Source: Candidatus Obscuribacteraceae bacterium
Lineage (GTDB): Bacteria; Cyanobacteriota; Vampirovibrionia; Obscuribacterales; Obscuribacteraceae
Length of the DNA stretch: 64,000 nt
NCBI GenBank assembly: GCA_044229845.1
Contig: JBGASG010000004.1
Location: 224,001-288,000 of the forward strand
Direction: 5' to 3'
The number at the start of each line of letters is the position of its first letter. The stretch's first letter is position 1. The notes beneath the pieces were generated by a model. The model ran no database searches, was not told where the DNA came from, and saw only the letters and a list, made by a program, of their open reading frames with translations. Position numbers and translations under genes: made by a program. This document shows, piece after piece, positions 9,975 through 19,869 of the stretch.

Positions 9975-12900
9975 TCACTTGGGTCGCTGTCCGCCCGGTC
10001 CGGGAATTGCCCAGGGGTTGGTTGCGGAGTTGGTGTACTGCGCATCGACGGCAGCCGGTATGGCCTGTTTGATGCGAGCCATTTCGGTGAGAATCAGCTT
10101 GTTGTTCGGATTATCGCGTTGCAGCGCGGTAGCCAGACGCATAGCTTCAGCAGCCTTAGCATAAGCGATCACTGCACCTTCGCCGTCGCGACCGCTGTTG
10201 GCCTTGACTTCGGCGATAGCGACTGCAGTCATAGCCAGGTCGCGACACAGCTTGGCTTTCCAGGCGGGATCGTTGTCGGGAACGGCATTGATCTTGGCGG
10301 CCAATTTGACCACAAATTCAGCCAGCGGACCCTGGTCACCACCTTTGGTGTCCATGTACTCGATCTGCTTGATAATGCCCGCTACATCTTGCTCGCCGTA
10401 GACTTTGTTCAGCTCAGCCTCGACGCGAGCGCGCAGGTTGGCGGCCTGTTGTGCTTCATCGCCGATCGCCTTCCCGTAGACCTGTTCCGTGGGATGCGCT
10501 TTGGCATATTGTTCCATCTGCCAGAGCGTACCGGCGGCTTCGCGCAAGGCTTGAGTACCTTCGCCACCCAGGTCGACATAAGTGTTCGGGAAGTAGCGTT
10601 TGTTTTGGTCGTGGTTTTTGCCGTCCAGCAAGCGGCTGCCCTGATCCATGCGACCCAGACCCTGACCGGCGGCGAGGATAGCGGCTCCGCGCCAGGCAAT
10701 CATCTGCGGGTCCTTGCTGTCGCCTGATTCTTTGCGGAACCAGTCCCAGCGCATCAATTCAAGAGCACCCTCGTTTTGTTTGCCGATGGAGCGCGCCTTG
10801 TCGACGGCATCCTGGAACGACTGTTCGGTGCGCCCAGTGACGGCGACGTTGAGCGATTCGACGGCGGCATCGCGATCTTGTTTCGGATCATGTCCATCGT
10901 TGCCGGCAATGGCGATCACTTTGCCCAGTCCCCAGCCGACTGTCGCGGCAGCGGCTCGAGCACGCCAATCCGGCAGAGGCAACATGGCGCCGGCGGTGGA
11001 AAGACCGACTTCGGTCCAGCTTGGTCTGCCCAGTTCGGCGAAGCGTCCTGAGGGTTCGCCCACCATTTGACCGAACAAGTTGGAGGCAATGTATGCCGTG
11101 GCGCTGTATGCGATCTTCTTGCCGATTCCCCACTTGGGGTTCAACATGATGAACGGCAGAGCCGCCATTTCAAAGCCCCAGGCGCTCTGTCCTGTGAGTT
11201 TGGGATCTTTACCGAGAGCTTTGCTGATTGCATAGTCTGCGGCTATGTTGATGGCTGTGGTGCCCAGACCGATGGTCACGCCTTCGCCGAGAGCCATACC
11301 ATAGCCCTTCAGCTTTGCCAGTCCGAACCCTTCTTGAGCTGTCGTCTTGGCGCTGTTGAGTGCGGTTTCAGCTGCAGTGAATTCCGCCGTCGCTTTAGTG
11401 ACGGCACCAGTGGCAGCTGTTTTGGCAGCGAGAGCGTCTCTGTATCTTGCCAGAGTCGCGGCTTCAGCCTGTGTGAAGGTAGCAGCTTCTTCGACAGCCT
11501 GCGCCGTCATGCCAGGCACTTTGACGAAGTCCAGTTTGTCCGCAGCATTCGGAGCGGCTTTGACCAGGGTCTCGAAAGTGCTGGCGGCAGTATCACGCGC
11601 AGTGGTGGCAGCGGTAGCCGCTACTTGAGCAGCATCGCGCGTGGCGGTGGCGGTAATTTGATTCGCACCAGATTGTTGCAGGGCTTTCAGAGCCTGTACT
11701 TCAGTGGGATCCAGGTTGAACTTGTTTTTGGCGATCGAGATCATCCGATCGGTGAGTTTGCCGGCGGCGTGAGCTGGGTCTTCTACCCAGGCGCGTTTAG
11801 CGGCGTCGCTGAACAGCGACTTCGGCAGTCCGTCTTGGGCGGCCTTGGTGGCGGCGGTCGCTTGCGTGAGAGCTTGTTCTGCGGTGGCCAGTTCAGTCTG
11901 TTTGACAGCGGCTTCGCTGGCGGCTTGCACGTAGGCTTTAGCCGGTGCAACTTCTGCCGGATCGAGTATCGAACGCGAAGCGATCGCAGCATCGGTCAAG
12001 TTTGAGCCTTGAGCTTTGAAAAATGCATCCTGTGCATCGGCAATCACCGCACCACGCGCAGCATCAGCTCGGGTGGCCGCGATCATGCGCGTGACGGCAT
12101 TTTGTTCGGTCAAGAAAGCAGTGGCGGCCAGACCTTCATTGTGAGTGGCGGAATTGAGAGCCGTCTGCATGGCATCGAAAGTGCCTTGCGTGGTGGCCAG
12201 CGAACGCGTGGTCGGACTCAAATGATCGCCAAAAAACTTGCCGTATTTGCTCTCTTGATAGGGAGCCGGCAAGCGCATGAAGACATCATCGGCGGCCTTC
12301 CAGGCAACGCCGGAAGCGCCCCCGACAACGACGCCGGTATTGAGCAAGTCGTTGAGTTTGGTGCGCAGATAGAGCGAATCTTCGACGGGTCCACGGGCTT
12401 TGGAATAAATGTCGATCAGCTCGCCGTCGACGCCGAATGGCACGAAGGTGTTGCCGAACCGCACGCCCTGACCCGGTCTGGTAGCCACAGAACCGGGACC
12501 GACGACGTTCTGTTCGTTGGGTGTAATGGTTTTGATCCAGTCCGGAACTGTTTCCTGTCCAATCGGTCCGGTCGGACCAGTGCCTTCCGTTCTATATACA
12601 GGAGGTTGGGTGCCGCCGGTGACGACGGGAGCCGGATAAGGAGTAGCGCGACCATCATTAGGTACGCTTGGTGCCACGAAGGGACCGCCGGTGCCGGTCG
12701 CGAATGGATTCTCGCCGTTGCCGCCGACGCCGACAACCGTCGTCGGTTTCGGTCCGATATATGGTGTTTCTCCGCTGCCGGTAGCTTGCTGCGCGCTCGG
12801 AGCCACTTCGCCCCAAGTTCTGCGCCACTGCGGAACGCCGCCTGTGCCGTTGGCGTTGGGATCTTGTCCATAACGCGGGTCGCCTTGTACGTAGCCTTTT

Positions 12901-13004
12901 GGCAGTTGGCTTACTTGTTGATACTCAGTTTGAAAGGGATTCGCACCATTGTCTGTGGTGGTCGTGGTTTTGGTGCTCTGCCCATCGCCAATTGGGGGGG
13001 TCAT
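9975..13004 (-). CDS. Large hypothetical protein (disordered N-terminus, Ala-rich helical repeats, hydrophobic hairpins)
   Basis: 1009-aa ORF, GGAGG/AGGA upstream, own terminator; no family recognised. Confidence 0.8.
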   Translation of the reverse strand: MTPPIGDGQSTKTTTTTDNGANPFQTEYQQVSQLPKGYVQGDPRYGQDPNANGTGGVPQWRRTWGEVAPSAQQATGSGETPYIGPKPTTVVGVGGNGENPFATGTGGPFVAPSVPNDGRATPYPAPVVTGGTQPPVYRTEGTGPTGPIGQETVPDWIKTITPNEQNVVGPGSVATRPGQGVRFGNTFVPFGVDGELIDIYSKARGPVEDSLYLRTKLNDLLNTGVVVGGASGVAWKAADDVFMRLPAPYQESKYGKFFGDHLSPTTRSLATTQGTFDAMQTALNSATHNEGLAATAFLTEQNAVTRMIAATRADAARGAVIADAQDAFFKAQGSNLTDAAIASRSILDPAEVAPAKAYVQAASEAAVKQTELATAEQALTQATAATKAAQDGLPKSLFSDAAKRAWVEDPAHAAGKLTDRMISIAKNKFNLDPTEVQALKALQQSGANQITATATRDAAQVAATAATTARDTAASTFETLVKAAPNAADKLDFVKVPGMTAQAVEEAATFTQAEAATLARYRDALAAKTAATGAVTKATAEFTAAETALNSAKTTAQEGFGLAKLKGYGMALGEGVTIGLGTTAINIAADYAISKALGKDPKLTGQSAWGFEMAALPFIMLNPKWGIGKKIAYSATAYIASNLFGQMVGEPSGRFAELGRPSWTEVGLSTAGAMLPLPDWRARAAAATVGWGLGKVIAIAGNDGHDPKQDRDAAVESLNVAVTGRTEQSFQDAVDKARSIGKQNEGALELMRWDWFRKESGDSKDPQMIAWRGAAILAAGQGLGRMDQGSRLLDGKNHDQNKRYFPNTYVDLGGEGTQALREAAGTLWQMEQYAKAHPTEQVYGKAIGDEAQQAANLRARVEAELNKVYGEQDVAGIIKQIEYMDTKGGDQGPLAEFVVKLAAKINAVPDNDPAWKAKLCRDLAMTAVAIAEVKANSGRDGEGAVIAYAKAAEAMRLATALQRDNPNNKLILTEMARIKQAIPAAVDAQYTNSATNPWAIPGPGGQRPK

Positions 13005-13238
13005 ATTGTCCTAGAAGCCTCCGAATTTATTGTCGGAGAGATGACTTTCGCTGCCTTCCTGCCTGAGCGTCTTTCACTCTCTATTGAACACGGTGCTAGC
13101 GGTGCCCGTAAAACGTATATTAAAGAGTGTTCAGGCTGAGGGTAAATCCGTAGATTCCCCTCCAGCATGGGAATCTTCCCACAAGCTGCTTGAAACGCAC
13201 TGCAGTGCCGAAAAATTTGAGCCGAAGCGAGATTAGAA

Positions 13239-13805
13239 CTAGTTCGACTTGTTCATGTAATAGCGGCTATGGGCGGCAGCCGGCTGACCGTTATATTTGG
13301 CGCCGGGCTTTTCGTTGTAAGCGACCTGGCATTCCGCAGTGCGGGTGAAGACCATTTGTCCGATCGGCATACCGGCATGCAGGCGCACGGGACGATTTCC
13401 GACGTTGACTATTTCAAGGGTGATTTGAGCCGGCGGATGGCTGAAGCCGGCATCGATAAAGCCGGCGGTCACGTGCACCATCACGCCCAGGCGGGCCAGA
13501 CTCGATTTGCCGGTCAACTGCCCGACGATATCGCGCGGCAGGCAAACTTTCTCCAGCGTGGCACCGAGAATAAAAGCTTGCGGAGCTAGCAAGATACTCT
13601 CTTTTTGTTCGTGGACGAGACTCGTGAGAACGCTTTCCGATTGATAGGGATCAATGACTTCGTCCGATTTCTCATGCCACGAAAAGTCATCGGACAGACG
13701 AACGTCGTAGGAGTTCGGCTGTACAAGCGTGTCTTCGTAGGGATCCAGAATAAGACGACCGCGCGCAATTTCGTCGCGGATCTCAAAATCAACCAGAATC
13801 GACAT
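13239..13805 (-). CDS. dcd: dCTP deaminase
   Basis: VQPNSYDVRL, GKSSLARLG, TAGFIDAGF, ITLEIVN and IGQMVF motifs; KYNGQ tail. Confidence 0.95.
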   Translation of the reverse strand: MSILVDFEIRDEIARGRLILDPYEDTLVQPNSYDVRLSDDFSWHEKSDEVIDPYQSESVLTSLVHEQKESILLAPQAFILGATLEKVCLPRDIVGQLTGKSSLARLGVMVHVTAGFIDAGFSHPPAQITLEIVNVGNRPVRLHAGMPIGQMVFTRTAECQVAYNEKPGAKYNGQPAAAHSRYYMNKSN

Positions 13806-13819
13806 GTCTAAAAAGGCCT

Positions 13820-14842
13820 CTAGATGCTCAGGTTCAAGTTCGAGCTGTGTCCAGGGAAAGCCTTCGCTGACGGGTTGAGGTAGACAACGGCAAAGTTGAC
13901 GCCGGTTGCGGCTTCGGCTGCGCCGGTGGCGATCAGCTTCAACTTGGCGGTGTGAGCGGCAATATCACCAGCGGCGAAGATGCCGGGCAAATTGGTTTCC
14001 ATCTTCTCGTTGACTTTGATGGCATTCACTTCCATCTCCAGTCCCCAGGCTTTCAAGAAATCCAGGTTGATGACGAAGCCGATGTTGATCAAGATTGCGT
14101 CTACATCGATCTTCTCTTCTTTGCCGGTGCGATTGTCGAAGATTACGGCGCCTTCGACGTGCCCGTTGCCGACAATTTGCTTCAGCTCATAGAAAGTGCG
14201 CACATCGACTTTGTTCTTGGCCATTTCTTCGACGGAAGTCTGAACGGCGCGGAACTGATCGCGGCGGTGAATGAGCGTTACGTTCTTGGCGATATGCGCA
14301 AATTCATTGGCCCAGTCGACCGCCGAATCGCCACCACCAACAATCAATACATTCTTTTCGCGGAAGCGCTCTTTATTCTTCACCGCATAGAAGATGCATT
14401 CGCTCTCCATGTTGCGGTCGTAATCGATGTCGAGCCGCTTCGGAACGCAAGCTCCGGCGCCCAGGGCCAGCAAAAGCGTTTTGCTGTAGTGCTCTGTGTT
14501 CTTGTCGGTGATGATCTTGTAGATGTTGTCTTCGCCTTTCTCAAGGCTCATCACCTTCTCTCCCAGCGCCATAGTCGCTTTGAACAACTGCGCTTGGGTA
14601 GCAAGGTTTTTCGCTAAGTCTTTAGCGAGAATTTTCGGGTGTCCGGCTACGTCGTAGACGTACTTCTCCGGATAGAGCGCGGTCAGCTGTCCGCCTAATT
14701 CAGGGAGAACATCGATGAGCTTTGTTTTCAGTCCACGCAGCCCAGCGTAAAAGCTTCCGAACAATCCAGTGGGGCCACCACCGATAATCGTTATGTCGTA
14801 AACATCCATCTTTATTTGCTTGAGAGACTCCGGCAATGCCAC
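13820..14842 (-). CDS. Ferredoxin--NADP+ reductase, thioredoxin-reductase-like type 2
   Basis: IIGGGPTGLFG, GGQLTALYPEKYVYDVAG, GGGDSAVDW and GIFAAGDI motifs; PGHSS C-terminus; no CxxC. Confidence 0.92.
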   Translation of the reverse strand: MALPESLKQIKMDVYDITIIGGGPTGLFGSFYAGLRGLKTKLIDVLPELGGQLTALYPEKYVYDVAGHPKILAKDLAKNLATQAQLFKATMALGEKVMSLEKGEDNIYKIITDKNTEHYSKTLLLALGAGACVPKRLDIDYDRNMESECIFYAVKNKERFREKNVLIVGGGDSAVDWANEFAHIAKNVTLIHRRDQFRAVQTSVEEMAKNKVDVRTFYELKQIVGNGHVEGAVIFDNRTGKEEKIDVDAILINIGFVINLDFLKAWGLEMEVNAIKVNEKMETNLPGIFAAGDIAAHTAKLKLIATGAAEAATGVNFAVVYLNPSAKAFPGHSSNLNLSI

Positions 14843-14993
14843 GGGCTATTGTAATACAGGTTAATTCAGATAGTTTCCGCCGCGGGCACAATCGGCATGT
14901 TCTGCGTAACATCTGAGACGACAACCGCGGCTGGTCGGCATCTGCTAGTAAAGAGAAGAAGCAAAGCTGTTCGCCAGGCGATCTCAGCGGTGC

Positions 14994-15761
14994 TCAGCGA
15001 TTGACTACCATCTGAACGCGCCGCCCGCCCTGAGTTTGTCGCGGAACCATATAGACGGAACCGGTTCCCATCGGGACCGTCTGTCCAGCTCCAGGCATTG
15101 CCTGAGGCACTCCACCCTGTGCATAGTAAGGCTGGGACAGCGGCGGCAGAACTGGCGACTGAAGCGGCTGCGCTGTCTGCGGCTCGCCCAGGGGGTTCAA
15201 CACAGGCGCCGGAGCATACTGCGTCGCGGTTGGCGGTTGATTGACAACTACCGGTGCTGCATGAGCTGGTGCAGGCACTCCATAACCATTGTTGGCGGGT
15301 GCAGCCAGAGAGGCCGACTGCGTGGCGGGCTGCCCGAACTGTCCCGTCACTTCGGGCTTGTTGGGCACATATACAAATCCTGTGTCCTTGCTGATCCGCA
15401 CCGGCATGGCGTTTCGCATGCCTTCCAGCATGATGCGATCATCGCGTCCCGTAGAAGAATGTGATGCAGCGGGACCCAGCACATGGTTGGCAAATGGCTC
15501 GTGATGACGGATCCAGTAAACAACAAAGAGCCAGAGGAAAAAACCGACGAAGAGGACCAGCCACATGAAGTTGGAAGTGATGTTGAGTCCCTTGAGAGCG
15601 GTGCTCAACTTGACGCCCTGCATGGCGCTGGCAGTCGCGTGCGCAGACGGCATCGGTCCGGGACGCGGCGTCCCCGCACTTTTCTGCGCTTTGCCCTTAG
15701 CCTGCTGGGGGTCGATGCCGAGCAGCTGGCTCAGTAAATTCTGGCCGGGCAGTTCGCTCAT
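14994..15761 (-). CDS. Hypothetical single-TM protein with Pro/Gln-rich C-terminus
   Basis: AAGGA before ATG 15761; one TM (FMWLVLFVGFFLWLFVVYWI). Confidence 0.7.
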   Translation of the reverse strand: MSELPGQNLLSQLLGIDPQQAKGKAQKSAGTPRPGPMPSAHATASAMQGVKLSTALKGLNITSNFMWLVLFVGFFLWLFVVYWIRHHEPFANHVLGPAASHSSTGRDDRIMLEGMRNAMPVRISKDTGFVYVPNKPEVTGQFGQPATQSASLAAPANNGYGVPAPAHAAPVVVNQPPTATQYAPAPVLNPLGEPQTAQPLQSPVLPPLSQPYYAQGGVPQAMPGAGQTVPMGTGSVYMVPRQTQGGRRVQMVVNR

Positions 15762-15954
15762 GGCAATTTCCTTAGCCGCATGCAGCCTCACGATTGAGGA
15801 TTGACAATGCCTGTTCGGCGGAGTTAGGCCTAAGGCCTCACTTGGCTAAATTATGGGCTTTACGCGCTGCGTGTAAATAGAGAAAGCAGCATCTAGTGGG
15901 AATTACCCCACAAAAGTTTAACTTCTGAACAGATTTTCAGCTTCCGGTCAGCGC

Positions 15955-16347
15955 CTAGTCGATTTCGACGCCTTCCAACTGGATGAGGCGCTGACGCATA
16001 GCTTCCATCATGTGAGGCAGCTCGAAGACCGCCGGCAACTTTTCTTCCATGGTAGTCACGTGGCGTGTCAGTTCGATGGAGCGTTCCATAAGGCGAATCA
16101 AAATCTGTTGGGTCGCCACCAGTTGCCGCTGGTTTTCGATCAGCTGGTTGGAAATGCGTGATGTTTCGACGCGTTGATCGACCGTGAGCGTGATCAATTC
16201 GCCCAGTCTGTCCGTCAGTTTGGACAATTGCGCGTTGGCATAACTCTCACCGGAGTTGGTGGCACCTTGCGAGTCGAATATCTGCTCGAATCCTTCCAGA
16301 CCGAGATCCGATTCTTGCTTCTCCGGTTTGCGATTAGCTTCAGGCAT
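15955..16347 (-). CDS. Hypothetical coiled-coil protein
   Basis: Heptad-like L/I/Q/E-rich sequence; GAGG upstream. Confidence 0.65.
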   Translation of the reverse strand: MPEANRKPEKQESDLGLEGFEQIFDSQGATNSGESYANAQLSKLTDRLGELITLTVDQRVETSRISNQLIENQRQLVATQQILIRLMERSIELTRHVTTMEEKLPAVFELPHMMEAMRQRLIQLEGVEID

Positions 16348-16568
16348 CAACAAAAAACCTCATCTGATATGAGTTGCGTCGCGTATGGTAAAAATCGCCG
16401 CCGCCCGTGGTGGCGTACGAGTGAATTATAACGTCATCGATCGATTACGCAACTGGTATCACGGACAATTTCATCTTTTGTGCACCAAATATGGGGCGAG
16501 CAAATAAATGTCCGCCCTATATACACCGTGCTCAAAACGCATGCGCAAGTGCCTGCGCACTGGATCTT

Positions 16569-17921
16569 CTAGCGCGCACCAGCAGCTACGATACGTCCTC
16601 GTTTTATAACTTGTTCAACCGGATTTGCGCCCAGGTTATACGGCACTTCTTCGAGCGTTTTCACATCCATCACCACTATGTCTGCCTGATAATTCGGCGC
16701 TATCTGTCCGACTTTCCGTCCCAGTCCCACAGCATGAGCAGCATTGATAGTCAAGGCGGTCAGCGCCTCTTCAGCGGTCATTTTCAAATGCAAGCAGGCC
16801 AAGCCGAAGATCAGCGGCAAAGAAAAGATGTGACAGCTGCCCGGGTTAAAGTCGCTGCCCAAGCCAACGGCCACGCCCTGCTCGATCATTTTGCGGGCTG
16901 GTGCGTGCTCCTTCAAGTTGAGGAAAAACGAAGTGCCCGGCAAGAGAACTGCCACCGTATTTGATTTCGCTAAGAGTCGCATCTCTTCGTCGCTGACATT
17001 GAGAAGATGGTCGGCACTGGCTGCTTGTATATCCACTGCCAGCCTGGTGGCACCCAGATTGGCAAACTCATCGGCATGCACCTTCGGTCGCAGTCCCAGG
17101 TTGGAACCAGCCTCGAGAATCGCTTTCGTTTGCGCCAGGGTGAAGTAGCCCTCATCGCAGAAGACATCATTGAAGGACTGCGCTTCGGTGCCCCCGGACA
17201 ATCTCTTTACCATATCTGCCGCTTTCGGCAACATAGATCTGATAATCGCATCTACATAGGCTTCTCTATCGATGCCGGGCGGGAAGGCGTGCGCCGGCAT
17301 GAACGTCGGCACCAGTTCGACAGGCTGCATACGTCGCAAAGTCAAAATGGCTTCCAGCATGCGGCACTCGCTATCTTCATCGAGTCCGTAGCCGGTCTTT
17401 ACTTCGCAAGTAGTCGTACCAGCGGCCAGCATTTTTGCCAACCGGTGCAAACCGCTTTGCACCAGTTCTTCGATCGTGGCATGGCGCGTGGCCGTCATGC
17501 TGGCGACGATGCCACCACCTGCCGCGGCAATTTCCTGGTAGCTTTTGCCCTGGCAGCGCATGATGAATTCGTTGGCCCGATTGCCGGAGAAAATCAAATG
17601 CGTATGAGGATCGACAAATCCCGGCACCACCAGTCTGTCTCCGGCATCAACGCGCAGTGTTTTTTCGTCGACATGCACCGCACCAAGCACCGCGGCTGCC
17701 GGACCGGCCGCCACCACCTTGCCGTCGGCGACTGCGATGGCCGCATCGCGCACTCGCCGCACGCAGGTATGCATGTCCGCGCCGTGCACCGGTTCGTCAG
17801 CCGACCAGATCGGCGTCACCAGCTCGCCAATCGGATGAACGAGCAAATCCACCTGGACTTTTTCGGGACCAGTCACAGCCGATTCTTTGCTCTCTCCGGT
17901 TTTTTTCTTGTCCTTGCTCAT
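16569..17921 (-). CDS. hutI: Imidazolonepropionase
   Basis: PGFVDPHTHL, GGGIVAS, EVKTGYGL, DVFCDEGYF, KVHADEF, SADHL and SDFNPGS motifs. Confidence 0.96.
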   Translation of the reverse strand: MSKDKKKTGESKESAVTGPEKVQVDLLVHPIGELVTPIWSADEPVHGADMHTCVRRVRDAAIAVADGKVVAAGPAAAVLGAVHVDEKTLRVDAGDRLVVPGFVDPHTHLIFSGNRANEFIMRCQGKSYQEIAAAGGGIVASMTATRHATIEELVQSGLHRLAKMLAAGTTTCEVKTGYGLDEDSECRMLEAILTLRRMQPVELVPTFMPAHAFPPGIDREAYVDAIIRSMLPKAADMVKRLSGGTEAQSFNDVFCDEGYFTLAQTKAILEAGSNLGLRPKVHADEFANLGATRLAVDIQAASADHLLNVSDEEMRLLAKSNTVAVLLPGTSFFLNLKEHAPARKMIEQGVAVGLGSDFNPGSCHIFSLPLIFGLACLHLKMTAEEALTALTINAAHAVGLGRKVGQIAPNYQADIVVMDVKTLEEVPYNLGANPVEQVIKRGRIVAAGAR

Positions 17922-17941
17922 CTTGTCTCATCCTAAGGGAA

Positions 17942-17965
17942 AGAGGCGAGGAAGACCTCGCCTCT
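17942..17965 (-). terminator. Hairpin between the ferritin-like gene and hutI (terminator or RNA stabiliser)
   Basis: Perfect 10-bp stem AGAGGCGAGG-AAGA-CCTCGCCTCT; only a short T run follows on the minus strand. Confidence 0.55.
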
Positions 17966-17997
17966 GCGTGAATAAGCGGCTGGCGCTTTGGGCTGGA

Positions 17998-18384
17998 CTA
18001 CTTCTTGCTGGTCACTGGTGACTTTCCAAGATAGAGTTCAAGCTCTTCGACGTGAGCAGTTTCTTCGACAAGAATCTGCTCAAGCATGAGCCGCAGCGCT
18101 GTGTTGTCGGCCACCAGGTCGAGCTGCTGCTCATAAGTATCAAGATGGGCTTTCTCCATCTCGAGGTCTTCGGCGATCATCTCTTCGATTGTTTGCTCGC
18201 CCGGCTCATAGACTTCTTGCACTTTGACGGAAGGATGTCCGCCCAGAGCAACGATCTTTTCGCCCAGCTTGATGGCATGCTGCATCGAGTCTTGAGCTTG
18301 CGAGTGGTGCAAATAGCGAACGATCGCTGCCATTTCGTGTTCGAGATCTTGATTCAGAGCTTCCAACACTTTCTTCTTGTCCAT
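17998..18384 (-). CDS. Bacterioferritin/ferritin-like protein, apparently lacking about 17 internal residues
   Basis: LNQDLEHEMAAIVRY, HAIKLGEKIVALGGHPS, DLEME and ILVEETAH four-helix-bundle motifs. Confidence 0.8.
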   Translation of the reverse strand: MDKKKVLEALNQDLEHEMAAIVRYLHHSQAQDSMQHAIKLGEKIVALGGHPSVKVQEVYEPGEQTIEEMIAEDLEMEKAHLDTYEQQLDLVADNTALRLMLEQILVEETAHVEELELYLGKSPVTSKK

Positions 18385-18750
18385 TTAAGAGCCTCTCCTC
18401 GGGTGCGTATATGAAGAACCGGTACGCTCATCTCAAGCGGGTTTTCAGGGCGTCAATTATATCCACATGACTACTGGTTGCATGGCCGTTATTGCCCACA
18501 GGGCGCGCTTATGCGCCTATCTTTCAATTAGCGATGGCAATCACTCTCAATAGAATGCAACGCGATAATTGCGCAGATATCCATATATGAACCGAACCAC
18601 GCACCGCTGGGCGCATTTGAGCTCTGGACCACAGCCAATCGGTTTTGCCATGGGCCAGCGCTGAACAAATCCCGCAACAAATTGCCGGCGCGCGGCAAGA
18701 AAATTTTTCCGCGCCGCGCTTAACAGCACGCAATCTTCTTAAGTGCTGCC

Positions 18751-19575
18751 TCAAGCGCTGCGACAAACATGTCCGGCGGCAGCTGTATCCTGATCTTTGT
18801 CATCTGCACCGCCCGTACCCATGGCCATACAATCGGCCAAAAAATGGCATTGTTTGCAGGCTTCCGAACGATGCGGCGCAAAATCTTGCGGGTCTTTCAT
18901 TTGTTCGAGCGTGTTGAACAGCGCGGGCCAGTGCAAGCGATAGACACCCTCATCGATATCCACTGAAGTGGTGGTCAGCGATTCTTGTTTTACCTGACAG
19001 AATGTAATCGTCAATTTGTCGAATGGCCAACGAGTGCGCAAGCGCTCGGCCAGGAAATGTTTGACCAGAAACGTTGCCGAAGGCCACGCAGCATCGAACG
19101 GCTTGAGCGGGTGCAAATGGAAATCGACCAGCTCGAGACGCCTTTGGTTGGGGTGCCAGAGAATGAGATCGAAGGAGTCTTCGAGATAGATACGCGTATG
19201 TGGTATGCGTGCCCTGACCCGCAGATTGACGGCACCAACCGTTGCACCATCGGGTTTGTATGGCTTGCCCACGTAATTAGTGAGAGCGCGATATACGAAG
19301 CGAAACGCCTGGATGTTTTCGTGCTGCGCATCATCTGTAGTAACTCCTACATTGAATTTGTCAGCCGGCCAGTGTTGACCGAGAAACTTTTGAGCCTGCT
19401 GGATGCTGACGATGCGACCACGGTTGATCTCACCGAGCGCCTTTATAAGGAAGCGTTTGCAGAGAGCGCTCGTCGTCAACTTTTCGGTGCCCGGCTTTAG
19501 AAACGCCATTTGATAGGCGCGCCGGCAGACGCGAAAGGTCTCGATCATGGGGGGAGTGAAAAGAGTGCGGTCCAT
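18751..19575 (-). CDS. PD-(D/E)XK nuclease-fold protein (AddB/Cas4-like) with 1+3 Cys pattern
   Basis: N-terminal TFRVCRRAY, central FDLILW...LELVDF, C-terminal CKQCHFLADC. Confidence 0.75.
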   Translation of the reverse strand: MDRTLFTPPMIETFRVCRRAYQMAFLKPGTEKLTTSALCKRFLIKALGEINRGRIVSIQQAQKFLGQHWPADKFNVGVTTDDAQHENIQAFRFVYRALTNYVGKPYKPDGATVGAVNLRVRARIPHTRIYLEDSFDLILWHPNQRRLELVDFHLHPLKPFDAAWPSATFLVKHFLAERLRTRWPFDKLTITFCQVKQESLTTTSVDIDEGVYRLHWPALFNTLEQMKDPQDFAPHRSEACKQCHFLADCMAMGTGGADDKDQDTAAAGHVCRSA

Positions 19576-19869
19576 AAATTAAGAACCCCCTTCTTGAAAC
19601 AACCGTACTTTTGTATGTCATACTAATATATAGTACCCAGTTTTTCCGAGTCAATTTAAAAGATCGGGGGCGCCGAAGAAATTCGTATATATAAGAACAA
19701 TTTTTTTGCATCGCGAAGACCTCGCAGATGCCCATTAGCTGAGGCACTACCACGGGCAATCGCAGCAAAAATACTGTATCCTCGCCGTTGTTAAATCTCG
19801 CCGCCCGAGACGAAATCGTTCGAACTAAATACTGGGTCGCAGCGTTCTAGATATAGGAGGCCGGCGACC

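Noticed and set aside
9915..13139. Long plus-strand ORFs (9915-10727, 11067-12005, 12009-13139)
   Set aside because: Antisense shadows of the 1009-aa gene; no motifs, and typical of GC-rich coding DNA.
2392..15914. Recurrent GGGA(A/T)TTACCC-like words in intergenic regions (about 2393, 3953, 13140, 15898)
   Set aside because: Too short and variable to separate from chance without genome-wide statistics.
18751..19575. Calling this gene cas4
   Set aside because: No array or other cas genes are present, and the catalytic Lys is missing.
19600..19650. LexA/SOS boxes between the nuclease-like gene and xseA (GTAC-TTTT-GTAT)
   Set aside because: Only imperfect matches in AT-rich DNA, and the lineage's LexA motif is not known to me.
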